NCBI GenBank assembly: GCA_944393335.1
Contig: CALXZV010000002.1
Span: 1 to 34,966, forward strand
Direction of reading: 5' to 3'
DNA length: 34,966 bases
Origin: an uncultured Clostridia bacterium
GTDB lineage: Bacteria; Bacillota; Clostridia; TANB77; CAG-508
A program made the position numbers and the translations under genes. Positions within the stretch are counted from its first letter, which is position 1, and each line of letters opens with the position of its first letter. Of this stretch, positions 1 to 8,608 are shown one piece after another. Below the pieces are notes generated by a model. The model was not told the DNA's origin. It was given only the letters and a program-made list of their open reading frames with translations, and did not search any database.

Positions 1-36
1 GGTTCTAAATGACACTATTTTGTGTCATTTAGAACC
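1..36 (-). terminator. Perfect 15-bp inverted repeat about 50 nt downstream of the galE stop; candidate galE terminator stem
   Basis: GGTTCTAAATGACAC (1-15), 6-nt loop, GTGTCATTTAGAACC (22-36). Any minus-strand U-tract would lie beyond the left window edge, so it cannot be confirmed. The right arm overlaps one copy of the AGRAMCGTCCC motif (31-41). Confidence 0.35.
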
Positions 37-52
37 GTCCCATTTGACAACT

Positions 53-84
53 TTTTCGATTTAGGACCGTCCCCAACCGAAAAA
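53..84. repeat. 32-nt intergenic repeat copy A, containing the GC-rich core AGGACCGTCCCC
   Basis: TTTTCGATTTAGGACCGTCCCCAACCGAAAAA matches 1673-1704 at 29 of 32 positions in direct orientation. It lies just 3' of the galE stop. Related core copies occur at 31-41 (AGAACCGTCCC) and 32616-32626 (AGGAACGTCCC). Confidence 0.85.
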
Positions 85-85
85 C

Positions 86-1087
86 TTATACATTTTTCTT
101 TGTAAAGTTCCAAGCGTCCTTGCACATTTGCTCTAAATCTTTTTCTGCTTTCCAGCCTAAGTATTTTTCTGCTTTAGATGGGTCTGCATAGCATTCTGCA
201 ATATCTCCTGGTCTTCTTGGTGCTATTTCATATTTTATTTTTTGTCCTGTTGCTTTTTCAAAATTCTTTACTATGTCAAGTACTGAATATCCTTTTCCTG
301 TTCCTAAGTTGTATGCTTCTACACCTGTTATTTTTTCTGCTCTTTTCAAAGCTTTTAAATGACCTTTTGCCAAATCTACAACGTGTATGTAATCTCTTAC
401 ACCTGTACCATCAGGTGTTGGATAGTCGTTTCCAAATACATTTAAATGGTCAAGCTTTCCAAGGGCTACTTGGTTTATGTATGGCATTAAATTATTTGGT
501 ATTCCATTAGGATTTTCGCCGATTAATCCACTTTCGTGTGCGCCTATTGGGTTAAAATATCTAAGTAAAATAACACTCCACTCATTATCTGATACATATA
601 CATCATTTAAAATTTGCTCTATCATTAACTTAGTTTGTCCATATGGGTTTGTTGCAGATAATGGGAAGTCCTCTTTTATTGGAACTTCTTTTGGATCCCC
701 GTAAACAGTTGCAGATGAGCTAAATATTATTTTCTTTACATTGTGAGCCCTCATAACTTCAAGCAAAACTAAAGTGCCATATATGTTGTTGTCATAATAT
801 TCTATTGGCTTTGCTACTGATTCTCCAACCGCTTTAAGGCCTGCGAAATGAATTACTGCTGTTATATCTTTGTTTTCCTCAAACACTTTATTTAAGCCTT
901 CTTTATCTCTTAAATCTAACTCATAAAATTTAAAGTCCTTTTTTGTAATAGTTTTTATAGCCTCTAAAGCAGAAGGCTTGCTATTTACAAAATTGTCTAC
1001 TACTACAACCTTTTCTCCTTCATTTAATAATTCAACTACTGTGTGTGAGCCAATATATCCAGCTCCTCCTGTAACTAAAATTGACAT
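86..1087 (-). CDS. galE: UDP-glucose 4-epimerase (GalE, extended SDR)
   Basis: 333 aa. N-terminal Rossmann motif [13 protein letters not shown]. Catalytic YxxxK present as PYGQTKLM. Full-length architecture typical of GalE. Confidence 0.93.
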   Translation of the reverse strand: MSILVTGGAGYIGSHTVVELLNEGEKVVVVDNFVNSKPSALEAIKTITKKDFKFYELDLRDKEGLNKVFEENKDITAVIHFAGLKAVGESVAKPIEYYDNNIYGTLVLLEVMRAHNVKKIIFSSSATVYGDPKEVPIKEDFPLSATNPYGQTKLMIEQILNDVYVSDNEWSVILLRYFNPIGAHESGLIGENPNGIPNNLMPYINQVALGKLDHLNVFGNDYPTPDGTGVRDYIHVVDLAKGHLKALKRAEKITGVEAYNLGTGKGYSVLDIVKNFEKATGQKIKYEIAPRRPGDIAECYADPSKAEKYLGWKAEKDLEQMCKDAWNFTKKNV

Positions 1088-1090
1088 AAT

Positions 1091-1663
1091 TTACCTCCTA
1101 TACAATCTCTTATATATATCATAATCTTTTAAAATTTTTCTAACATACATATTTGTTTCATTATATGGTATATTTTCTATATCACTGCCATCAGCCTTTA
1201 TAATTCCTTCATCTATCCAGCTTTGTACTGTTCCCATACCTGCATTATATGCAGCAAGTGCAACCGCTTCTTCTTGAAATATTTCCATTAAGTCTGCAAA
1301 ATATTTAACACCAAGCCTTATATTTGTTTCTGGATCACAAAGGCTATCTTCTGTTACCTCTTCATCAAACTCATTTATTGCCACTTCTTTTGCAGTATTT
1401 TCCATAAGTTGCATAAGACCTGTTGCACCTTTATTTGACACCGCTTTATCATCAAAATTGCTTTCTGCTTTTATTATAGCATAAACAAGCAGTGGATCTA
1501 TATTGTTTTCTTTTGCATATTTTTCTACATATTCTGCATAATCTTGTCTATATATTAATTTTTGTATGTTTTTGAAGTTTAATAATATTATCAATAAAAT
1601 TATTACTATCGAAGTAAGTACTAATATTATTCTTCGCACTTTCTGATTCTCCTTTAATATCAT
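1091..1663 (-). CDS. Membrane-anchored lytic transglycosylase (SLT domain)
   Basis: 190 aa. N-terminal TM anchor (IILVLTSIVIILLIILL). SLT signature AIIKAESNFDDKAVSNKGATGLMQL, followed by AYNAG. Confidence 0.85.
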   Translation of the reverse strand: MILKENQKVRRIILVLTSIVIILLIILLNFKNIQKLIYRQDYAEYVEKYAKENNIDPLLVYAIIKAESNFDDKAVSNKGATGLMQLMENTAKEVAINEFDEEVTEDSLCDPETNIRLGVKYFADLMEIFQEEAVALAAYNAGMGTVQSWIDEGIIKADGSDIENIPYNETNMYVRKILKDYDIYKRLYRR

Positions 1664-1672
1664 GAACTTTTA

Positions 1673-1704
1673 TTTTCGTTTTAGGACCGTCCCCAAGTGA
1701 AAAA
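1673..1704. repeat. 32-nt intergenic repeat copy B
   Basis: TTTTCGTTTTAGGACCGTCCCCAAGTGAAAAA, 29/32 identical to 53-84. It lies between the polA stop (1721) and the SLT gene start (1663). Together the two copies bracket the slt-galE pair. Confidence 0.85.
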
Positions 1705-1720
1705 AATTTACAGAAAATCT

Positions 1721-4483
1721 TTATTTTAACTCAAACCAAGTTTTTCCCTCTGAAAGTTCTACTTTAAGTGGGACGTCTAGTTTAGCTGCGTTTTCCATAC
1801 TGCTTTGCAAGATTTGCTTTGCCTGCTCTTTTTGTTCTTCTTTTACCTCTAGTATAAGCTCATCATGTACCTGAAGCACTACTTTAGCATCTAGGTCTTT
1901 TATTCCGTCGAAAACTTTGTTCATTGCTATTTTCATTATGTCTGCTGCTGTTCCTTGTATTGGTGTGTTCATTGCAACTCTTGTTCCAAATTGTCTTACA
2001 ACATAGTTATTTGATTTTAATTCTGGTACATATCTTCTTCTGCCAAAAAGTGTTTCTACAAAGCCTTCTTCTTCTGCCTTTTTTACTATGCCTTCCATGA
2101 ATTCTTTTATTCCACCATATTTTTTTAAGTAACTATTTATATAGTTTTGTGCTTCTTTTCTACCTATTTTTAATTGTTGTGACAATCCAAAAGCTGTTAT
2201 GCCATATATTATACCAAAATTTACAGCTTTTGCATTAGATCTTTGCTCTTTTGTTACTTTTGTAATTGGAACTCCAAATACTTTTGATGCAACCTCTCTA
2301 TGTATGTCTTCATCATTATTAAATGCTTTTATCATTGTTTCATCTTTTGAAATATGTGCCAATACTCTTAATTCAATTTGTGAATAATCTGCATCAACAT
2401 ACACATATCCATCTTTTGCTTTGAAAGATTTTTTTATATTTTTGCCTTCTCCTTCATGGCTAGGTAAGTTTTGAAGGTTTGGATCTGTGCAACTTATTCT
2501 ACCTGTAGCTGTAATTGTTTGATTAAACACAGCATGTATTCTACTGTCTTTTGGATTTATAAATGCAATTAAACCGTCTACATATGTTGAGCTTAGCTTA
2601 ATTAAGCTTCTATATTCTAATACCTTTTCTACTATTGGATGTTCATGTTTTATACCCTCCAATGTTTCCACATCAGTAGCATATCCCTTTTTGTTTTTCT
2701 TTGGTTCTGTTAATTTTAATTTTTCAAACAAGATTTTTCCAAGTTGCTGTGTTGAATTTATATTAAATTCTTCTCCTGCATAATCATAAATTTCTTTTTT
2801 TACTTTTTCTAATCTTTCTTTTAGCTCTTTTCCGAATTTTTCGATTTCTTGCTTTTCTACAAACATTCCGTTAAATTGCATGTCACCAAGGACTCGAACT
2901 AATGGCATTTCTATTTCTTCAAAAAGTTTTATAGAGCCATCTTCCTGCATTTTTTTCATAGTTATCGAATATAAACTATTTAAAGCATAAACATATGCTC
3001 CAACTTCTTCTTTGTTTGAAATATCTTTTACTTGGTCAAACATATTAAGTTGCATATCTTCTTTTTTGGGTATTAAGTCATTTAAGTCTATGTCTAAATA
3101 TTGCGAAGCTATGTCTTTTATGTTATGTTTAGTGTTTGTTGGGTTTAAAATATATGCTGCAACATCTGCATCGTATTTTATGCCTTGCATATTAATTCCA
3201 TATTCTTTTAATAAAACATAATCTTCTTTTATGTTGTAACTTATTTTGCCAACTTTTTTATTTTCCATTATGCTTTTAAGCTTCAATACATCATCTTTGC
3301 CATTTAATTTAGTATATATTATATTTCCATTTTCTTCGTATATACCTATACCTAATATGTCCTTTTTTATAATTCTTGATTCATCATTTGAAGAAGAAGT
3401 TTCAAAATAGAAAATTAAGTCAGAATTTTTTGTTGCAGCCAAATTTTCAGCTAAATCATTAGAATTTTTTGTTGCAGCCAAATTTTCAGCTAAATCATCA
3501 GAGTTCTTTGCTTCATTCAATTCTTGAACCAACTCATCAATATTTTTTTCTATTACATTTATTTTAATTGCTTCTTTTTTTGCCTTTATTTCTTTATCTA
3601 GTCCAAATCTTTCTATAAATCTATTAAAATTAAGCTTTTTAAATATGTCTGCAACTTTTTCTCTATCCCAGTCTACTATTTTTACATCTTCTAAATCTTC
3701 TTTTATTGGTGCTTTTGTATTTATTGTACCAAGTTTTTTTGAAAGCTCTGCTAAATCTTGATTTTTTATTAATGTATCCTTAAGCTTTGATGTTAAATCT
3801 ACTGTTCCATCTTGCAAAGCCTTATATAAATTTGCAATTGTTTTAAATTGTTTTATTAAGCTTGTACCAGTTTTAGGTCCAACATTTGGCACACCTGGAA
3901 TTTCATCTGATGAATCTCCCATAAGTGCTTTTACTTCAATTAAGTCAATTGGCTCTAGGCCGTATTCTTCTTCAACTTTTGCTTTGGTATAAATTTCTGT
4001 TTCTGTTTTACCCATTTTTGTTCTAGGAATTCTAACAGTAATATGGTCTTCTATTAATTGAAATAAGTCTCTATCTCCAGAAAGAATATACACATCTTTG
4101 TCTTCGTGAGCGAACTTTTTAGCTAAAGTTCCAAGTATGTCATCTCCTTCATAGTCTGCCATTTCAATTATTTTTATGTTCATATCTTGCAATACTTCTT
4201 TTATAACAGGCATTTGCTCTGCAAGCTCATTTGGCATGGCATGTCTATGTTTTTTGTACCCTTCATACATCTTTTTTCTAGTATCTGCCGCTGTTTTTGA
4301 GTCAAATGCAATTGCCATATATGTTGGCTCTACTTCTTCCATATTTTTAAACATTATAGATAAAAAGCCATAAATAGCATTTGTGTAATGTCCATCTTTT
4401 GTTGCTAGCATTTTATTTCCCATTATTCCATAAAACGCTCTATTCATTATGCTGTTACCATCAATTAATAAAACCTTTTCCAT
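1721..4483 (-). CDS. polA: DNA polymerase I
   Basis: 920 aa. N-terminal 5'-nuclease domain (LLIDGNSIMNRAFY). Family A polymerase motif A DYSQIELRVLAH, motif B RSNAKAVNFGIIYG and motif C LQVHDELILEV. SD GGAGG lies 4 nt upstream of the ATG. The 3'-5' exo ExoI position reads FYFETSS rather than DxE, so the exonuclease is probably inactive, as in Bacillus-type PolA (inference). Confidence 0.97.
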   Translation of the reverse strand: MEKVLLIDGNSIMNRAFYGIMGNKMLATKDGHYTNAIYGFLSIMFKNMEEVEPTYMAIAFDSKTAADTRKKMYEGYKKHRHAMPNELAEQMPVIKEVLQDMNIKIIEMADYEGDDILGTLAKKFAHEDKDVYILSGDRDLFQLIEDHITVRIPRTKMGKTETEIYTKAKVEEEYGLEPIDLIEVKALMGDSSDEIPGVPNVGPKTGTSLIKQFKTIANLYKALQDGTVDLTSKLKDTLIKNQDLAELSKKLGTINTKAPIKEDLEDVKIVDWDREKVADIFKKLNFNRFIERFGLDKEIKAKKEAIKINVIEKNIDELVQELNEAKNSDDLAENLAATKNSNDLAENLAATKNSDLIFYFETSSSNDESRIIKKDILGIGIYEENGNIIYTKLNGKDDVLKLKSIMENKKVGKISYNIKEDYVLLKEYGINMQGIKYDADVAAYILNPTNTKHNIKDIASQYLDIDLNDLIPKKEDMQLNMFDQVKDISNKEEVGAYVYALNSLYSITMKKMQEDGSIKLFEEIEMPLVRVLGDMQFNGMFVEKQEIEKFGKELKERLEKVKKEIYDYAGEEFNINSTQQLGKILFEKLKLTEPKKNKKGYATDVETLEGIKHEHPIVEKVLEYRSLIKLSSTYVDGLIAFINPKDSRIHAVFNQTITATGRISCTDPNLQNLPSHEGEGKNIKKSFKAKDGYVYVDADYSQIELRVLAHISKDETMIKAFNNDEDIHREVASKVFGVPITKVTKEQRSNAKAVNFGIIYGITAFGLSQQLKIGRKEAQNYINSYLKKYGGIKEFMEGIVKKAEEEGFVETLFGRRRYVPELKSNNYVVRQFGTRVAMNTPIQGTAADIMKIAMNKVFDGIKDLDAKVVLQVHDELILEVKEEQKEQAKQILQSSMENAAKLDVPLKVELSEGKTWFELK
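3422..3499. repeat. In-frame 39-bp tandem duplication inside polA (2 units plus the start of a third)
   Basis: Unit AGAATTTTTTGTTGCAGCCAAATTTTCAGCTAAATCATT at 3422-3460 is repeated at 3461-3499 with one mismatch. It encodes DLAENLAATKNS(N/D) twice, in the linker between the 5'-nuclease and exo-like domains. Confidence 0.92.
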
Positions 4484-4530
4484 ATTGCCTCCAATTAAAA
4501 TTTTAGTTCAATCTTTATTTTTGTAATATG

Positions 4531-4623
4531 GTAAATCATATACATATTTAATCTTTGTCATTGCCTACAATAAAAAGTTTGTTAGCAAATACAAGTAAAT
4601 TATATACATATTTAATCTTTGTC
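4531..4623. repeat. Two 29-nt direct repeats (28/29 identical, 64-nt period) in the polA upstream region
   Basis: GTAAATCATATACATATTTAATCTTTGTC (4531-4559) and GTAAATTATATACATATTTAATCTTTGTC (4595-4623). Each is followed by a CTACAAT-containing stretch. Confidence 0.88.
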
Positions 4624-4646
4624 TCTATATAATCTACAATTGAGCT

Positions 4647-6158
4647 TTAATATGCACATATGTAAACTGTATCACCTTCAAATTGAACTTGTTCTTTATT
4701 AAAACTGTCCCAATTTTTGTCTTTAAAGTATTTATCATATATTTCATTTGATGTAGGTAATTCTTCTAGACTTCTCCCTGTATAATAGTTTAACCAGTGC
4801 AATCTAGCATAGTTCGTAACTATTCCCTTTGTATTAAAAGTATTATAGACAAAATTATTATAAACTTCTTCACAATGTTTATCCTTGAAAAACATTACTT
4901 TTTTAAGTATTATACCATTTTTTTGTTCATATTCAAGCATTACAGCATTTATTTTATCAACATATTCTTTGTCTTTTTTACAGGTTATTTGGTTCATATA
5001 CGCTATATTGTAGTAATCAAATAGGTTTATACAAGTTAATACTATAGACAAAATTAATAAAACATACATAAATGGTTTTCTTAACTTTTCACTATTAATA
5101 TTTACATAAAGTAAGAAAATTATTGATATGCCTATTATTGCCCCTATGCCATTTAGAGTCCTAGCAGATAAAGTAATGTTTTTTTGTAAAAAAGTTGGTA
5201 CAATACAAGCAAGTATTGTTAAACATACAATCAAAATATATTTAAATATCATTCTTAATGTAGTAGGACTTTTTTGTAACCCTATCATTATTGTAGTTAT
5301 AATAATTACAATAGCAATTAGCATTTGAGGATAATATCCAAAAGTCATATTGGTTATAGGCCATATGCAAAACATTGTAAATAGGAAAGATAATTTTTCA
5401 AAACTAAAATTAGAGTTTCCTAGTCTTTCTTGCTCATTTCCTGTAATATTGTTACAAAAGTTTAGTACTAATAGTAGCGAGCACAAAACTATTATAATTA
5501 TTGACGCTATTTTAGCAAAATATTTAACCCATTCTTTTATTGGTTTCTTTTTGTCTATTGCAAAATATAACAAACTAAGTGCTATCCACATATTGAGATT
5601 TCCTTGATAGCAAAGCCCCGCTATAAGTATAAGTATTAATGTTTTAGCATATGCCCATTTTTGGTTTTGGTGCAAAGTTTTGGCTGCAATAGTACCTAAT
5701 AATATACCTAAAGACATTATACTATTTTCTATGTATGCAAAATTTTCTACCACTAATGGATTTAAAATTATAAGTGTGGAACCCATTAAAATAATTGCTT
5801 TTACAATATTTAGATGTTCACTTTGTTGTATTCTACTGTCTAAAATTTTTATAATATATGTATAAACATTATAAATTGCAAATGCATATAAAATTACGCA
5901 AACATAATGCACTGCAATTGAATAAGTTTCCATACTTATATTTAACATATCTAAAATCGTTAATATTAAAAAATGTACAATTCTACCATCTCTTAAAGGA
6001 GTAAATTTATAAACACTTATTCCCTCACCAATATTCCAATAAGTATCTGTTATTTTATGTGGAAATAAAAATGGTAAACAAAATATTAATGTTATAAAAA
6101 AAACTACTGTAAATATTTTTAATTTTTCCTTTGTTTCTTTTTCCATTTTAAACCTCAT
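4647..6158 (-). CDS. Polytopic membrane protein, GtrII-like (Glucos_trans_II / GT-C-type) putative polyprenyl-phosphate-sugar-dependent glycosyltransferase
   Basis: 503 aa with many TM helices. First-loop motif TDTY...GR(I)V is shared with the 16543-18063 paralog, as is the C-terminal soluble domain ending NWDSFNKEQVQFEGDTVYICAY. The real start is probably the ATG at 6146 (MEKETKEK): a GAGG lies 8 nt upstream and the upstream gene's TAA ends 1 nt before it. Confidence 0.6.
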   Translation of the reverse strand: MRFKMEKETKEKLKIFTVVFFITLIFCLPFLFPHKITDTYWNIGEGISVYKFTPLRDGRIVHFLILTILDMLNISMETYSIAVHYVCVILYAFAIYNVYTYIIKILDSRIQQSEHLNIVKAIILMGSTLIILNPLVVENFAYIENSIMSLGILLGTIAAKTLHQNQKWAYAKTLILILIAGLCYQGNLNMWIALSLLYFAIDKKKPIKEWVKYFAKIASIIIIVLCSLLLVLNFCNNITGNEQERLGNSNFSFEKLSFLFTMFCIWPITNMTFGYYPQMLIAIVIIITTIMIGLQKSPTTLRMIFKYILIVCLTILACIVPTFLQKNITLSARTLNGIGAIIGISIIFLLYVNINSEKLRKPFMYVLLILSIVLTCINLFDYYNIAYMNQITCKKDKEYVDKINAVMLEYEQKNGIILKKVMFFKDKHCEEVYNNFVYNTFNTKGIVTNYARLHWLNYYTGRSLEELPTSNEIYDKYFKDKNWDSFNKEQVQFEGDTVYICAY

Positions 6159-7539
6159 TTTTTTCCGTCGATATTTTAGAATCTGCTTTTTCTGGCAATT
6201 CTTTTTTAAGCAAATTATCTTGTAACCCCATATATAAAGTTAGCGCTATTTGTATATTTAAAATAGTTATGAATAGTATTCTATTTGTAAAAAAGCAATG
6301 AATATATGAATGATTTTTTATTAAAAAGTACCAGGCAAATGGGAAAATAGCTATTATTATAAATATTAATACTTTTAAAAATTCTATCTTTGAAGGTTTT
6401 ACACATTTTGATTTTTCTAAATATATTTCTCTTACAAGTCCTATTATAGCATAAATTGCAAGCAAAATAATTGTAACAATTATAGCTTTACTCCCCATTT
6501 GATTTATATTAAGAATTATTACTTTTGAATAGTCAATAGCTTGGGAATCACCTGTTCTATATAATATTTGATTTATTGCATCTTTCAAAATATGTTTGTT
6601 TAATGTTATATCTGTAATAATCCATTTTAATGCCCAGCATAGTCCATATCCCACGGCCCATGCTACACAAATTTTTATACAATCTATGTATAGTTTTTTG
6701 TTATTATCTTTTAAATTTAGTAAAACATACAAAGGCAAAGTAAATCCTAAAGTTGCTAAAGGAGTTGTTAGCAAGTCAAAAAAACTTGTGCAAATACCTA
6801 TGCATAAAAATACAGTTGCTGGATTTTTAAACTTGCCATTTTTTAATAAAATAACCATCATTGCAATTAGTGTAATTAAAAAAGTAGTTATTTCATTCAT
6901 TGAATTACAAATTATAAATATATTTAGCATAACAAATGACGCTATGTAAATGATAGCAGTTACTAGATTTAACTTTTTGATTATTAAAAATAATAATGAT
7001 ATACATAGTACCACTGTTAATAAAAGTAATAGCAATCTAATACCACCCAAGTCCATTATTGCTAAAAGAGGTCTTAAAAATATTAGGTATCCATGCCAAT
7101 ATCTAGAATATTCATAAGAATCTACTATTTTGTCATCATGCATTAAGCCATATAGTTCTGCAACTTGAAATGTGTTTTCATTTTTATCAACATAATTAGG
7201 ACTAGTTCCTACATGCTTTTCTATTTCTTCATGTTCATTTAGTGTTTGACCTGGTATATAGTTTTTTCGGTCAAGCATCATTGATTTGTAAGGATGATTG
7301 CTATCTATTGAATAAGCCGTATTTATCATAAGTGCATCTGTAAAATAAAATAGACTTGCTTTACCTAATGGTGCATCAATAACAATTCTTTCACCTTCTC
7401 CAATTAAGATTTCTGATGATGCTTTTACATTTTCTTGCAAATATTTAGAAGGTATTAATGAACTTAAAAATAGTAATGCAATTAAAATTAGCATTGTAAT
7501 TAAAAATGTTAAAATATATTTTACTATAGCTTTAATCAT
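6148..7539 (-). CDS. Polytopic membrane protein of unknown family (possible GT-C-like or polymer-modifying enzyme)
   Basis: 463 aa. One N-terminal TM is followed by a ~130-aa predicted extracytoplasmic segment (FTDALMINTAY ... YEYSRYWHGY), then about 9-10 TM helices. It is tightly packed or translationally coupled with the downstream GtrII-like gene. I could not name a family by eye. Confidence 0.55.
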   Translation of the reverse strand: MIKAIVKYILTFLITMLILIALLFLSSLIPSKYLQENVKASSEILIGEGERIVIDAPLGKASLFYFTDALMINTAYSIDSNHPYKSMMLDRKNYIPGQTLNEHEEIEKHVGTSPNYVDKNENTFQVAELYGLMHDDKIVDSYEYSRYWHGYLIFLRPLLAIMDLGGIRLLLLLLTVVLCISLLFLIIKKLNLVTAIIYIASFVMLNIFIICNSMNEITTFLITLIAMMVILLKNGKFKNPATVFLCIGICTSFFDLLTTPLATLGFTLPLYVLLNLKDNNKKLYIDCIKICVAWAVGYGLCWALKWIITDITLNKHILKDAINQILYRTGDSQAIDYSKVIILNINQMGSKAIIVTIILLAIYAIIGLVREIYLEKSKCVKPSKIEFLKVLIFIIIAIFPFAWYFLIKNHSYIHCFFTNRILFITILNIQIALTLYMGLQDNLLKKELPEKADSKISTEKNEV

Positions 7540-7584
7540 TGTTTTATCCCTTTTATTATTAATATTTCATCACTTTTTTATTAT

Positions 7585-8595
7585 TTAACTTTCCCCATTA
7601 TACTCTAATCCTAAATGTTTATATGCCTCCGGAAGAGCTATTCTTCCCCTTGGCGTTCTAGATATGTAACCTATTTGTATTAAATATGGTTCATATACAT
7701 CTTCTATAGTTGTAACCTCTTCTCCTAAAGTTGTTGCCAAAGTTTCAATTCCAACAGGTTTTCCTTTATACTTTTCTATCATAGTAGTTAAAAGTCTTCT
7801 ATCTATTGTATCTAGTCCCATATCATCTATGTCTAGCTTATTTAATGCTATTTTTGTAATATCCAATGTGATTGTGCCATTTCCAAGAACAGCAGCATAG
7901 TCCCTAACTCTTTTTAAAAGTCTATTTGCAATTCTTGGTGTTCCCCTTGAACGTTTTGCTATTTCCACAGCTGCATCATTTTCTATTGCAATGTCTAAAA
8001 TATTTGCAGACCTTTTTACAATTGTTGTAAGTTCTTCTGCGTTATACAAATCTAATCTTTCAACTATACCAAATCTATCTCTAAGTGGTGTAGTTAATGC
8101 TCCTGCCCTTGTTGTTGCTCCTATTAGAGTAAACTTAGGTAAATCAAGTCTTATGGACCTTGCGCTTGGGCCCTTTCCTATAATTATGTCAAGCGTAAAA
8201 TCTTCAAGTGCAGGATAAAGTATTTCTTCTACACTTTTGTTTAATCTATGTATTTCATCTATAAAAAGCACATCAAATTCAGAAAGATTTGTAAGAAGTG
8301 CTGCTAGGTCTCCAGGCTTTTCTATGGCAGGACCTGATGTTATTTTTAAATTTGAGTTCATCTCATGTGAAATTATGTTTGCAAGTGTGGTTTTACCAAG
8401 TCCAGGTGGTCCATACAATAGTACGTGATCAAGAGGCTCTCCTCTTTTTTTTGCCGCTTCTATATAAACTTTCATATTTTCTTTTACTTTTGTCTGTCCA
8501 ATGTACTCATTTAATGTTTTTGGTCTAAGTACATTTTCTTGCTGAGATTCCATTTCATCTACAACATTTGGACTAATTAAGTTTTCATCATCCAT
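7585..8595 (-). CDS. ruvB: Holliday junction branch-migration helicase RuvB
   Basis: 336 aa. Walker [10 protein letters not shown], Walker [10 protein letters not shown], sensor region TTRAG, and the C-terminal winged-helix section typical of RuvB. Confidence 0.97.
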   Translation of the reverse strand: MDDENLISPNVVDEMESQQENVLRPKTLNEYIGQTKVKENMKVYIEAAKKRGEPLDHVLLYGPPGLGKTTLANIISHEMNSNLKITSGPAIEKPGDLAALLTNLSEFDVLFIDEIHRLNKSVEEILYPALEDFTLDIIIGKGPSARSIRLDLPKFTLIGATTRAGALTTPLRDRFGIVERLDLYNAEELTTIVKRSANILDIAIENDAAVEIAKRSRGTPRIANRLLKRVRDYAAVLGNGTITLDITKIALNKLDIDDMGLDTIDRRLLTTMIEKYKGKPVGIETLATTLGEEVTTIEDVYEPYLIQIGYISRTPRGRIALPEAYKHLGLEYNGES

Positions 8596-8608
8596 TTTTT
8601 AAAACCTC

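Noticed and set aside
1-36. The perfect 15-bp palindrome at the window start as a transposon terminal inverted repeat
   Set aside because: The two arms are separated by only 6 nt, so this is a hairpin rather than element ends. No transposase is nearby. A terminator or REP-like role is more plausible.
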